The notes under the pieces are model-generated. The model saw only the letters and a list, made by a program, of their open reading frames with translations. It searched no databases and was not told where the DNA came from. DNA of 64,000 bases from Daphnia carinata (taxonomy: Eukaryota): NCBI RefSeq assembly GCF_022539665.2, contig NC_081333.1, positions 10,292,001 through 10,356,000 on the forward strand. The letters are read 5' to 3'. A program made the translations under genes and the position numbers. Below, piece after piece: positions 36,861 through 49,756 of this stretch; position 1 is the stretch's first letter, and each line of letters begins with the position of its first letter.

Positions 36861-39800
36861 ATGAGTTATCAGATGCAGGCACAAGGGAGGCCAAGTATGA
36901 AATTTCTTTCATTATGGTTAACTAAATCAATTAAAATGCTTACTTGGATGCCTAGTGTCACACGGTCAATATGTAAGCAATAGCCCTGCTGATCTTCCCA
37001 TGCCCAGCGTGAAAGAACAGACACTTATGTGGCAGGGAGTTGGACAACCTGGATATGTTGGAGATTCTGGAATCCACAGTGGAGCAACTACTCAGGTATA
37101 TACCACCACTCACTGTACTTGTTTGTTGTAGAAATGGTTGTGATAAAACTATTTGAATCTTTTTTTAAGGCTCCATCCTTGTCTGGTAGAGGTGGAGATG
37201 ATGAAATGGACACTTCCGATGGAGGGGTTATGTTGAATATGGGGGGATCTGGCTACTCAGCAGGATACACACAAGATCAAGTTGAAGGTAAATTCTAGTG
37301 TTTCTATCAATTATGAAGTTTGGTTCTAATGCTTTTGAATAGATATGAATGCTCAGTTGAACCAAACTCGCTCCCAGCGTATTCGTGCAGCCATGTTTCC
37401 TGAAACATTGGATGAAGGAATGGAAATTCCCTCAACCCAGTTTGACAACACTCAGCCAACTGCTGTTCAGCGTTTGGCCGAACCCTCTCAAATGCTGAAA
37501 CATGCCGTGGTGAACTTGATCAATTATCAGGTTTGTGATTTTCTGAAACTTGAAACTTAACTTATGACTTGAAATTATGCATATGTTGCAGGATGATGCA
37601 GATCTCGCTACAAGAGCTATCCCAGAGTTGATTAAGCTACTGAATGATGAAGATCAGGTCGTGGTATCGCATGCTGCAATGATGGTTCATCAACTCTCCA
37701 AGAAGGAAGCGTCCCGCCATGCTATCATGAATAGCCCACAGGCAACCAAAGTTTCTATGATTCATTACTACTCTATTACGTCTTTAAAATTGTTTTCCAA
37801 GTTCATAATGCATTTCCGATTCACTTTAGATGATCGCGGCGCTTGTGCGAGCATTGTCGAACAGTAACGATCTAGAAACAACCAAGGGCGCTGTTGGAAC
37901 ACTGCACAACTTATCCCATCATCGCCAAGGATTGTTGGCTATTTTTAAGTCGGGTGGAATTCCAGCATTGGTGAAGCTGTTGAGGTATTATCTCATTTAT
38001 CAACCCTCAAAAGTGACAGTCTCTAAAAATAAATTTCTTTTTTTTTCTTTTTCTATAATTATTATTTTATTTTTCCTTCCGTCACTCTTCCCTATGAAAA
38101 TCTTGAATCATCCCCAATAGTTCGCCTGTGGAATCTGTTCTGTTTTACGCCATCACGACGCTGCACAACTTGCTGCTTCATCAAGAAGGCTCAAAGATGG
38201 CCGTCCGTCTGGCGGGTGGTTTGCAGAAGATGGTCGCTCTCCTCCAGCGCAACAATGTCAAATTCTTGGCCATCGTGACTGACTGTCTTCAAATTTTGGC
38301 GTACGGAAATCAAGAGTCCAAATTGATCATCTTGGCGTCTCAGGGACCGATGGAACTTGTCCGAATTCTTCGCTCATACACTTACGAAAAACTTCTCTGG
38401 ACCACATCGCGAGTTTTGAAAGGTTCTCTTTAAACGCGTTTTCTATTTTTGAGTTTATGATAGATTATGCACCTTGGATGTCGGTAGTACTGTCCGTTTG
38501 TTCGAGCAACAAACCAGCCATCGTTGAAGCTGGAGGTATGCAAGCTTTGGCAATGCACTTAGGCCATCAGAGTCATCGTTTGGTCCAGAATTGTTTGTGG
38601 ACTTGCCGCAATCTTTCCGATGCTGCCACTAAACAGGTTAGTCTTACACACAGGAAAGCAACTTGGCGTGTATTTAACATTTTACCAACAAAATTTACAG
38701 CAGGAAGGTCTGGAGACTCTGCTACAAGGACTGGTCCAGTTGTTGGGATCCAGCGATGTCAACGTCATCACGTGCGCTGCTGGCATTTTGTCTAATTTGA
38801 CTTGCAACAATCAGCGCAACAAAACAGTTGTGTGCCAAGTCGGCGGTATTGAAGCGCTGGTTCGCACCATTATCCATGCTGGCGATCGTGAAGAAATTAC
38901 CGAACCTGCCGTAATTTTTCTATTTATAGCTATGTATAAATCATGATGTTATTTGCGTCTAATTTCATACTACAGATCTGTGCTCTGCGTCATATGACGT
39001 CTCGCCATGCTGAAGCTGAAATGGCTCAGAATGCTGTTCGTCTCAGTGGCGGTCTGCCCGTTATTGTACGTTTGCTGCAACCTCCTTCCCGTTGGCCGCT
39101 TATCAAGGGTAACATTGTTTTACCTTTCGCCATTTTTCATCTATTCAGTTATATCCTTTTACAGCGCTTATCGGGTTGGTTCGCAATTTGGCTCTCTGTC
39201 CTGCCAATCACGCCCCCTTGCGAGAACAAGGAGTGATTACGCGTTTGGTGCAACTGTTGATCCGTGCTTTCCAGGACATTCAAAGAGTATGTGAATTTTA
39301 TTTTTCTTCGTTTGGGCAACCTTCTATCCTCAACCGTTTGGTATATAGCGCTCGTCAGTTGTCAGTTCAGGCAGTGGTCAACCCCAAGGCTCCTATGCCG
39401 ATGGCGTGCGCATGGAAGAAATCGTCGAAGGCGCTGTTGGCGCCCTTCACATTCTTGCTCGAGAATCCCACAACCGAGCCGTTATCCGGGGCTTAAGCGT
39501 TATACCCATTTTCGTCCAGGTGAGTAATAGTGCACAAGTTTTATTTCTTGTGTTTTTCCCCCCGATTTCCACAGGATATCTAATTTATTTATTCTGAATC
39601 GATAGTTGTTGTACAACGAGATTGAAAATATCCAGCGTGTGGCCGCTGGCGTGCTTTGTGAACTTGCTTCTGATAAGGAAGGTGCAGACATGATCGAACA
39701 AGAAGGCGCAACGGCTCCCTTAACTGAATTACTTCATTCTCGCAATGAGGGTGTGGGTAAGTGGCCAGTTCAGTCGTTGAGACACTGCGGTTTTCTAATG

Positions 39801-40775
39801 CATTTTCCCATGTAGCTACATATGCCGCCGCTGTACTCTTCCGCATGTCCGAAGACAAGCCACAAGACTACAAGAAGAGGCTATCTATGGAGCTGACCAA
39901 CTCCTTGTTCCGTGAAGACCATCACTTGTGGAACGGAGATCTGCCTTTGATGCCTCCCGATCTTCAGGTTTGTTTGCCTTTTCTTCGAATAACACGATAC
40001 TTATCTTACTTACCATAATCCCCTCCCCATTCTATCTTCTAAAAGTTTAATCAGAACTAACCAGACAACTAAACCAAGGTGAGGCACTAATTCGCATGCC
40101 TCCTGGAATGACTTAGCATGAATTTGCATGTATCCTAAACGCTTCTTATTGCCTTTTCCGTTGCCAGTCAATTATCACCCGCTGTTATTTTGTTTTTTTT
40201 TCAAACCAACGTTTTTTTTTTTTATGATTTTTCGTTTTTGTTCAATTGATCGACTGGCAAGCAGGATATTCTTGCACCTGACCAGCCATACGAAGGTCCG
40301 TATGGGCAAGGCCCACCCAGTGTCCACTCCAACCAAGATGGAGGCAGGTCCTACCGTCAAGGTACACTTTTATTAGTTATTGTTTAATCCATACATTGAT
40401 AAACACGATTGGAGCCCGGAAGTGTCTAAGCCGAGGGATATTTTGCTTTTCTCCAAATTATTGGTATTCATTGCTTTTGTTTTGTTTTTTGTTTTTAACC
40501 GAGTAGGATATGACGCCCTACCCGTAGAATCGATGCAGGGATTGGAGCTCGGTTCACACCATGGCGGCCCACCACCTTCTGCCACTTCTCCGACCATGGG
40601 CATGGGCATGAATATGGGGCATTCGATGGGTCTTCCCATCCAGTCCAACAATTACGCTCCGGTAGATCACATGGGTTCCGATTTGGATTTCGATCCTCTG
40701 AATCATATGGGTCAAGCCACCCCTCCCCAACCGCCCCATGATGCCCAGGCCGCTTGGTATGACACCGACCTTTGA
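36861..40775 (+). CDS. arm: Armadillo / beta-catenin
   Basis: Degron [32 protein letters not shown], armadillo repeats ([57 protein letters not shown]) and C-terminal WYDTDL*. Exons join in frame. Confidence 0.98.
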
Positions 40776-43119
40776 AGTGGTTGCAAAGCGAAAGTTGAAA
40801 AAGTTTAATCACTACAAAACTCCTTGCATATCCACCACGACGCTCCTCTTTCCTTTTCTTGCACTGGTAGTTTCGCAGGTCGTCCTTGTCCGTTTTCAAT
40901 GATTAACCTGCATGTTCCATCCGTAACATGTGTACTTGTCCTCATTCCTCCTCCTGCCGACTTATCTTCAAGCTCTTTACCGTGTGGTGTTCTTCCTTCG
41001 TCCCCTCGGATAATCGCATTTCTCCCTTCCAACATATTTTCACCTCCCTACAATCTCGTAACTTTTCGTGTGTGTGTGTGACAAGGAATCCGTCTTCCTC
41101 TCCCTATCCAGAACTTAGACGATTTTTAGCCGACAATCTTTTTTTTTCTCTCGCGAGTTACTCTCAATTTTTTTTTTTATTTCTCGTTTCGATCAACACT
41201 TTTTTTACCCAATTAGATGGATACTTTGGATGTCCTCCCACAATTAGCGAGCAGCTTTGAGCCTCCCTTATTATTGATTCGATTTGTTTTTTTTCCTCGT
41301 TTTTTCGACATTAAACTCTTGAAAGAAAACTTGTTACTGTGTTGCCATCGACACTAACTATCTCATTCATTTTTGTCTGCGACACCCACTTGAACGCCAG
41401 GGATGGTGGTAGAATTTATTTTCGTCTCTGTAGCTTAAGGAAAGAGACGAGTAGTGACGGTGTTGACACGGAGCAGACGGGTCGGACGACGATACAGCAT
41501 ACCAGAGTCGCAGTTATGCTTTTTAATATGGCTGAATGCGGCAGCCGCCGGTCGTAAATCTCGGATGACGCAAATCGTCTGATAAAGAGCCATTCGTCTC
41601 TCACCCCTCGTCTTCGCTCGTTCTGTTACCTATTTCTACTAGCCTTGTCGTATTGCTGCAAAAGGTTTGTACGGGTGTCGAGTGTGTTTGAGCTTTGCAG
41701 GAGAGGTTGTAAAACGAATGCAAATAGCTTTGATGGAAGGGAAAGAAGAAGAAATCCGCTGGAATGATAGTTGGCAAAGGGTTAAACTTTTGCTGTAAAC
41801 GACACAGTTCGTCCCCATCGTGTCGTTTCGTCGTTCGGCACTTCTAACTCTTTTTGGTAAGGAAAGGGGAAAGAGAGTTGACGGAATGGAGCGAGATGAG
41901 AAACGGAAAGAAAAATGGCCAACCATGACGGGATCGACGAGCAAGATTCTAGAAGTGATGAATGCCCATCTTTTTGTGCTGTCTCGAACAGAGAGCGTCT
42001 CGCCTTCTTCCACCGGTCCCTCGAGCGATCGAGTGGTGTCGCCTTATTTATTACGGACTTGGCCGGCGACAGTTGACGCTGATGATGGCTTTATGCTGAG
42101 AGCCTCGAGACCCCCTCCTCTCTTGGTACTCGATAGAGGCCAGTAGAAAAAAAGAAACCATTTATAAACAAGAAGAGTGGTTGTGTTTCAAAGTCTTAAC
42201 CATAGAAGCATACGTCCTTGTCAGGGAAACGATGGACGCATTGCAGTTTAGCCGGCCGAGTAAAGAGGATATTCTTTGTAGATATTGACGTTCGCCGGGG
42301 AAACGGAAACTTGTGACAGTTGTGTGATGCTCTGGGGCTAAAAGTTTTTGTTTTCTCTGTAGACGACGGAACGTCTTGAGTCCTCTTATGGCGTTACCCC
42401 ATCCTGATTTATGTGACCTGCTGCTGTGTCGCTCTAACGGACGTGTTACTCTCGTCTGCACAGCCGTCCATAAATTGCGCGCGAGATGCCAGCCGCCCGC
42501 CCGACTGAGAGAAGACGACGACCGAGAAAGAAAGTAGTCCCGAAATAAGGCCGTTTGTATGACGGAGCAGGCCGGAATATACATGCGTGCACACTTGACA
42601 TGGCCTCTACGTCGTCTAATAAAACAAGAAAAGAAGGATGGGGAGGAAAAAGAAGCAAGACTGGCATCATCAGCACGCAACCAAGTCTTGCGTCTCGGAA
42701 AAAAAAAAGAAAAGGCCAACGATATCGAGTTTGAAGGATGTGCGGGAACAACACACGCTCACGGCCGTACTATTTTCTGCAACAACATTCGGTAAACATG
42801 TCGAGCCGACCTAGATGTGGAGCGATTTATGACCCGTCTTCGTGCTTCATTTGCATAGCTCCTATTCCTCTGAAGGAAATTTCCTTCTGGATAAAAGTTG
42901 CTCGTTTTGTCTCTCAGGCTAAAAAAAAAATTAAAAGCAAAAAAAGGAAAAATAATATATAAAAAAAAGCTTTGATGGATGTTTCATCAAGATCCGCGCG
43001 TGACGGCGGATGACTATCGAGTGTGAGTGCTTCATTACAAATGGAAATGCCCATTCAGTTTTTCACATCACGTCGACCTTTAAATAATCTATTAATACTG
43101 AATGGACAAAAAAGAAATG

Positions 43120-44777
43120 CTAAAACCCTATCTATCATTGACTATATCGACACTTTAATATTTTAGCTACTGCCAACGATTTTTTTAAAAGTATAAAATT
43201 GGCCGAAAAGCCGGGCTTATTTTCTCGGGCTTATTTTCAAACCCAAAAATTTGATGAAAAAAGTTAGACTTCTATAATAAATTGCACATTTTATTCAAAA
43301 TTTTACGCTGATTTCAGGCAAATTATTCGGTTTTTCGTAAAAGCAGCTGTTTTTAAAATATATTGTATATTGTGCGTCAGCACGACTTTGTCGCAGCGTA
43401 CTGGCGCGCCAGCTTTTTAAAATAATTTTTTTGTTTATTTCTGAAATTTCTGATCTCATGAAAAAGAGGAAGTCAATTTTTGTGATTCTCATTTATTTTA
43501 AATTTAAAGCACATCTATTCAATGCTAAGTTGAAGATTAAAAAAAAAATACAAAATTAATGGAAAAGTCGGGCTTATTTTGTCGGGCTTAAAATTTCTTT
43601 CACTCCTTATTGACACCCATTGGAATTGGTTGAATCTCTCAATATAAACTTAAAATTAAATGCTGATTACGGGAAAATTGTTCTTTGTTTCATTAAGTCA
43701 ATCATTTTTACACCGAATATTAGTGATGAATGTTAAAACTAGCGCGCCAGTACGCAACAGCGCTAGAGCGATACAGTTTTTCTCCATACATGCAGTATTA
43801 CTCAAAAACCATAAACTCCACGTAAAAACAAAATTCCTTTTCGTATTCCTTGCTGAATTTTGAATCTAAATAATGTATAGTTATGAAGATTTAATGATAT
43901 ATTTTTTAAATAGGAAAATAAATAGAAATTTTATGCCCGACAAAATAAGCCTGACAAAATAAGACCGAATTCCTTGTTTTTTAAGGTTTAAATCAAAAAC
44001 TATAACACCAATCAAAAAATAAACTTGGTTTTCGTGATTTGTAAATCATTCTGCATCGAAAACATGTATTTTAAGCCTATTTTGAAATTTGGCCAAAAAT
44101 GAAAAAGTGGGAAGGCTATAGCCTTCTCACTTTTGTCAAAATGAGCCAAATACCTAAATCTTTTGGAATACGTTAAAAATCACACACTATACTCAGAATT
44201 TAATGCTGATTCAGAAGAAATGATTTTTCTTTTCGTAAAATATATTGCTTTTGAAATATACCTAATAAATGAGGTGTAAAACTTCAGCCCCAGAACGTAC
44301 TAGCGCATAACTGTGTTAACCCGTTTTTGCGTTTATTTTTAAAACCGCAAGTTTTACGTAAAAATATAGTAGATATTCGTGATTTCCCTTTAATTTTGAA
44401 TCGAATTAATGTATTTCTAACGATATCTAGATTTTGGCGAAAAATGAAAAAGTGGGAAGGCTATAGCCTTCTCACTTTTGTCAAAATCAGCCAAATATCT
44501 AAATCTCTTGGAATACGTTAAAAATCACACAACATACTCAGAATTTATGTAGAATTCTGTAATAAATTACGTTTTATTCAAAATTAAACGCTGATTCCAG
44601 GAAAATTATTCGTTTTCTCGTCAACGCAGCTGTTTTATTTTACACATTAAATATTGGGCTGTAGCACGATTGCGCTGTATTATACTAGCGCGTCAATATT
44701 TGTTGGGTAATAAAAACGCTAAAACTCTATCTGTCATTGACTATCTCGGCACTGTAGTATTTTAGCTGCTGACGAGT
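43120..44777. mobile_element. AT-rich modular repeat with direct and inverted subrepeats (foldback/MITE- or Helitron-derived, non-autonomous)
   Basis: ~55-bp direct repeat at 43121 and 44721; ~105-bp direct repeat at 44095 and 44440 containing the palindrome GAAGGCTATAGCCTTC; (CGGGCTTATTTT)x2 at 43212 and 43569, inverted at ~43933-43968. No transposase ORF. Confidence 0.55.
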
Positions 44778-47042
44778 CAAGCATAGTATTTTTTTTTCTT
44801 AAACAATACAAGTTTCTCCTTTGTTGCTATTTGGCACCAGTTTGTTCGGTAAAACGAACTTGCTGATGCTTGCCCGAAACGATACATAACTCGTCCCTTA
44901 GCTACACTTCTTTCCTTATTGTATCAAATATTAATTTTTTTTCCTATCGAGTTTTCTCTTTTTTCTTATTCCTCAGTTGGCGCTCTCGGTGCTGCTGCTG
45001 CTGGCGAGACATCACTTTGATTTACGGGCTTTCAGTCGCGGGAGTGAGGGACGCAAAAGTTCAGCCGTGCATGGTAACGATGCCGCTAGCCCAATTTCAT
45101 CCGCTCTACCTTTCTTTCTAAGGCTGTAGTACACGATCTAACCACCCAAAGAATCCTGCCCCTCCCCTCTCGTTCAAATTTATCTGCTTCCAGCCGCGTG
45201 TCACGTCAAGTCACTCACGAAACTCGGGGTTTGAGTTTTTTCGTCAGATGACGGTCGGCGCAGCTCGTCATAAAAGTGGCAGCGCGCGAGAAGAGACGGC
45301 TCGTCACACATGATGCTATTTTCGGGCTCCTTTTTTTCGATTTTAGGCTTTTGCAATAACGCTAGCATCATAATTTTCGAGTTGAGGAAGACAAGAGACA
45401 ATGACGTAAGAGATAGACGTTGCAATATCGATCATCGGCATTGGATTCGGACTCTTTAAGAGAGCGGAGGATGTTTTGAGGAAGTGCAAAAAAGACGGGA
45501 AAATCGGGAGATGGATGTGTCAATGAGATGAAAAGAAGGATTTCGTGCCAAATTGTCTAGCTTCGTTTTTTTTTGGCTTGGTCTTCAGTTGTACCCGGGC
45601 GCTTTTCCGGCGCTTCATCTCCGGAAAGACGAGCTTGTTGGTAACAAGACCGACCGATCAGATTTTTCACGACCTTATGTGAGGTAGGTTGTCGCCAAGG
45701 TCTTATAGGCATCCCCACGAAGGATAACAAAGTATTAGATCATCGCCCATGTCAGAAAGTTTTTTGTTTGCTAAATGTGAACATTTCATTAAAGTATCCC
45801 TATTTTTGTCTTATCTGCAAAATATCTATCATAACTTGATCTCTTAGGTAGAGTTCTACGTACGAAACAAGTGCGATGTCGTCGTAGAGTAAAAGACGCT
45901 TTTAACGGGGACGATTCGCTTTTAAAGGAATTGGGGGGTAACAACTTTTGACCTCCACCAAGAGAGAAGGGATAGGACGGGCAAACGTCCTCTTTATGTC
46001 TACGTCGGGGAGGATGGCCTGGTACCCAATGCTGCAACTACTACTTCCATTTGAGCGGGCGAAATGGTTCGGAGAAAGAAGGCAACTCGAATGATGGAAA
46101 CGTTCTTTCGCCTCTTCTACTTGTGCGCCATTCTGCTTGTATATGGTTTTCGGGGGGGAGGGAGGGGGGAGGGAGGAATAAAGAGGAGAAGCATAAGACG
46201 TAGAAAGAGGAAGGAGCCAAACTGTCATCTTCACCGACTCCGGCCGAGAATTCACGCTCGATGTCGCCGATCTTAAATCAGTCGTCGGGGGCGCGCTGCT
46301 GGCACGGCCGTATCGCCATCATCCCAGGAAAGAAGCCGCCTCGTAACTCAACTGGCGGCAACGACACGCGCGCACACACTCGTTCTCTTCGACGGCCGTC
46401 GTGACGACGCTGTATACACGAGGACTTTGCCGAAAGTCCCTCTCGGCCTTGATTTCTTGCGACTCTTTCCGCCCTTTTCTGACCTCTTATTTCTTCTAGG
46501 CCATCTGATCCATCCGACTCGCTTTAGTCTCCCCACTTGACTTTATTGTACAGCCAAGACAACCAAGGAAGAGAGGGAGAAAGAAGTAGAAAATCGAAAA
46601 AAACAAAAACAAAAAAACAACAAGAGAATGTTGGGGATGAAATCTATTCGACAATCCGTGGGGAATACACGGCCGGCGTCCGCCTCTTTTATGCGTTTGA
46701 AGTTCCCTGTGCCCAGTTGCAACTACCAGTTCTCTCTGGAAAATCAGGGCAAATCCCTTGCCTCCTCCAATAAAAAAAAAGATGAAGAAATAAGGCCTAA
46801 CAGCATGGCGTCGCCTAGACTTGACTGACATACGACATCCATCGATCGATTCCCCGCCGCCTGGCTGTACGAGAGGAGGCCTGTATGAGACGTGTGTATA
46901 CATATATATATGGAAGTGAACGGGTTTCTGCTCACACAACTCTTCGGCCACCGGTCCACCTCCAAGTTTGTTCCAGATGGGAAACGGGCATTTGAGAAAA
47001 GGCGGCTCCATTCCGTGTATTGGTGCTCATCATCACGCGAGA

Positions 47043-49756
47043 TCATTCCGCGTTGTCGGGATGAACATGGGCACCAGTCCGCGACGATGACGATTTGAAG
47101 TGGGTATCGCATCCTTTTGCTCGTCCGTTCTCCTCACGCGCGGCCATCGACTGGCCTTTGATGTTCGTCGGACGCAGCGCGTGCAATTGTCGGATATGAG
47201 CCAGTCGCTCTTCTTCCCGCTCGAAATGACGGCCGCAGTGATGGCAGCGAAAGGCCAACTCTCCAGTGTGCGACTTGAGATGAACCTTGAGCGCTGCCGT
47301 GCTGCTATAGAGCTGCTCGCACTCGGGGCACCGGTACTTAACGGCCGACGCGTCCGATTTCTCATTCGAAGGTTTGCCTAATGAGATGATCGTAATCCGT
47401 AACGAGATCACACTAAAACTGCACGCAACACTATAGCATACCTGATTGTTTAGGATGCTCGACAGCCTGGTGATACAAAAGCTCAACTTTAAGGCGGCAT
47501 TTATAGGAACAAGAAACGCAACCCAAGGCCAAGGATTCCGACGATTCCATCGCTTGGCAACCGGCTCGTCTGAAACAGTTTTTTTTTTTTTTTTTTTAAC
47601 ATAGCAACGATTAATAAATACAACTCAGAAACATTCAAACCTGTGCGCTGAAAGTTGTTGCTTCAAAGCAAAAGTGGTACCGCAGCGGATGCATCGCGGA
47701 AGAAGGTCCGGATGATCCGACACGAAGTGATTTTTGAGGCTGGCTAAGTCGGTGAACTGCTTATAGCAATGTGGGCAAGATCGGAGTCGCACTGTCGCAC
47801 CGTAGGAGCCGCGCTTTTTGGTAGCTACATCACGATGCTCTTGTGTGGACCTGTGTTTCGTTACTTCCGCTTTAGTACAAAAGCCTAGGTTACAGATCAG
47901 GCATCGATAACGAGTCTCGTCACTAGGCGCAGCTTGACAGCTGAAACGGTGATGAGTAAACGACCAGTTTGATGATGTGCTGAAATCACAATAGGTACAA
48001 GAATAGGTTTGGCTGGAATATTGGGTCAGCATATCGGACGGAACGGCGTGATCCAACGTCAGGTGTTTATTGAGCGCTATTCGGTAGCGGAAGTTCACTG
48101 GACTGTTTTTTGAACTACACAGGTGACAGTGAATTGGTTCCAGTTTGCTGACGATGAGCGCCACCGATTTATGAACAATTCGAACACAACTGAGGTGATT
48201 TTCCGATGCTAAATGAATTTTCATGCTGTCGTTATCCAGCTGGCCAATCCGACACAAGCTGCAAAAATATGTCCCTCCACCGCGGCGAACAGAATCGACG
48301 CGATCGCTCTCCAAATGCTGTGCACTATTCCAATGAACTAAGTGTTGAAAGCAAAAAGGCAATTAAAGTGATGTCCAATGAAAAATATGATGATTAAAAT
48401 ACTTAATAGATCTGCATGACAATGACAATAAAAGCGACAGAGCCGACACTGAAATGGTGCTTCCAACACAATCACGTGTATGTTCTCCAGAATGCAACTA
48501 TCTCGAGCCGGATGCTTCCGGCAGCGGGAAACGTGATAGCGTGATACCAAATGCTTGCCGAAATGAGGTCTGGGTACCCAAACCGAGCAGGTGGGACAAC
48601 GTTGAGCACTTCTTTCTGCCCTCTTCTTTTGCTTGTTTATCCACCATGGATCATCGACATCTTCGTCATCTTGCAGAGCATCTATTTCTTGTTCAACTAA
48701 ATCAACGCGCGCAACGTCCGGCTTATTGCGTCTCAGCCCGTACTTGGAATCATCGGAGGTTGTCAGCTGTTGAGCGGTCCGTTTGAAATGCAGCTCCGAT
48801 TGAAGGTGTTTCTCGAAAACGACGCGGCCCGTCAGACGACGATTGCACGGCTTACAGTGGTATTCGACCGAAGAGCCGGCCTTGTGGATGACGCGCGGCT
48901 TGAGACCAGGCATCCACTTACCTCGCGAGGGATAAGGTAGCTTAGTTGATTGTTGGCTGGAAATGCATAGATCATCGCTAGTCGAGTCGGTCACCGTTTC
49001 ATTTGAGAGGTTGACTTTCATTTCGGTGCTTGGAACTTCCAAATTGGCGACCAGTTCTGGGCTGCTGAAGGACGAGATGATGTCATTAGCCACTAAAGCT
49101 GAATTATCTGTAATATCTTCGTTGCTCGCCAATTCAGCAGCGGCTGAATCATGGGATGAATTGAGATCAGTCGTTTCGACAACAGGGAAGTTCGAGTCAT
49201 TTGGATCGTCAGTTTGCATTGATTCACTTCCGGATTTCAATGGGTCAGTGGAGGCGACTAGGGGTTCTGTGGACCGACGTGGGCGCTGCCGATTTGATTC
49301 AGTTCCTTTACAGCTCTGAAGTTCCAACAAGGAGAAAAAATCGTCAGCTCGCAGTGGTTCCTCGGCATTAATGTCATTTGCCCATGTGGTCGAGGAAACC
49401 ATGCACAATCCTAAGTGACTCATAAAATCATCGGCTGCGTTATCGACCGACAGGTCGGTCACCAGTGGGTTTTCGTTGACATGACGAGATTTGTAACATT
49501 CTTCCATGTGGTTGGACGAAGAAGAAAGAATTGGGTCTGACCTGTTGGAACTCTTGGATGGTACATGAAGATGATTTCTTATACTAGAGGAACTGTTGTT
49601 TCTTGCCATGCTGAGGTAAGATGTATTATTGGGAATTATCCGATCTTGTTGTTTTGTGGTTGAATGGCACTTCTGTCTCCGATGATGGACATAGTTGTCT
49701 AAACCAATTATGGTGAGACGACAACGCAAACAGTAATGTGTGTCCTCTTCTTCCAT
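47043..49756 (-). CDS. Multi-zinc-finger protein (C2H2 plus matrin/U1-like fingers)
   Basis: In-phase exons 49756-48403, 48337-47641, 47569-47523, ~47377-47043. Many CxxC...Hxxx(xx)H motifs (CKPC..HLQSELH, CPTC..HLVSRYH, CSLC..HLASENH, CPEC..HLKSHTGELAFRC). Confidence 0.88.

Noticed and set aside
40776..42960. Overlapping ORFs downstream of armadillo
   Set aside because: Consistent with 3' UTR/intergenic DNA; no domain or exon structure.
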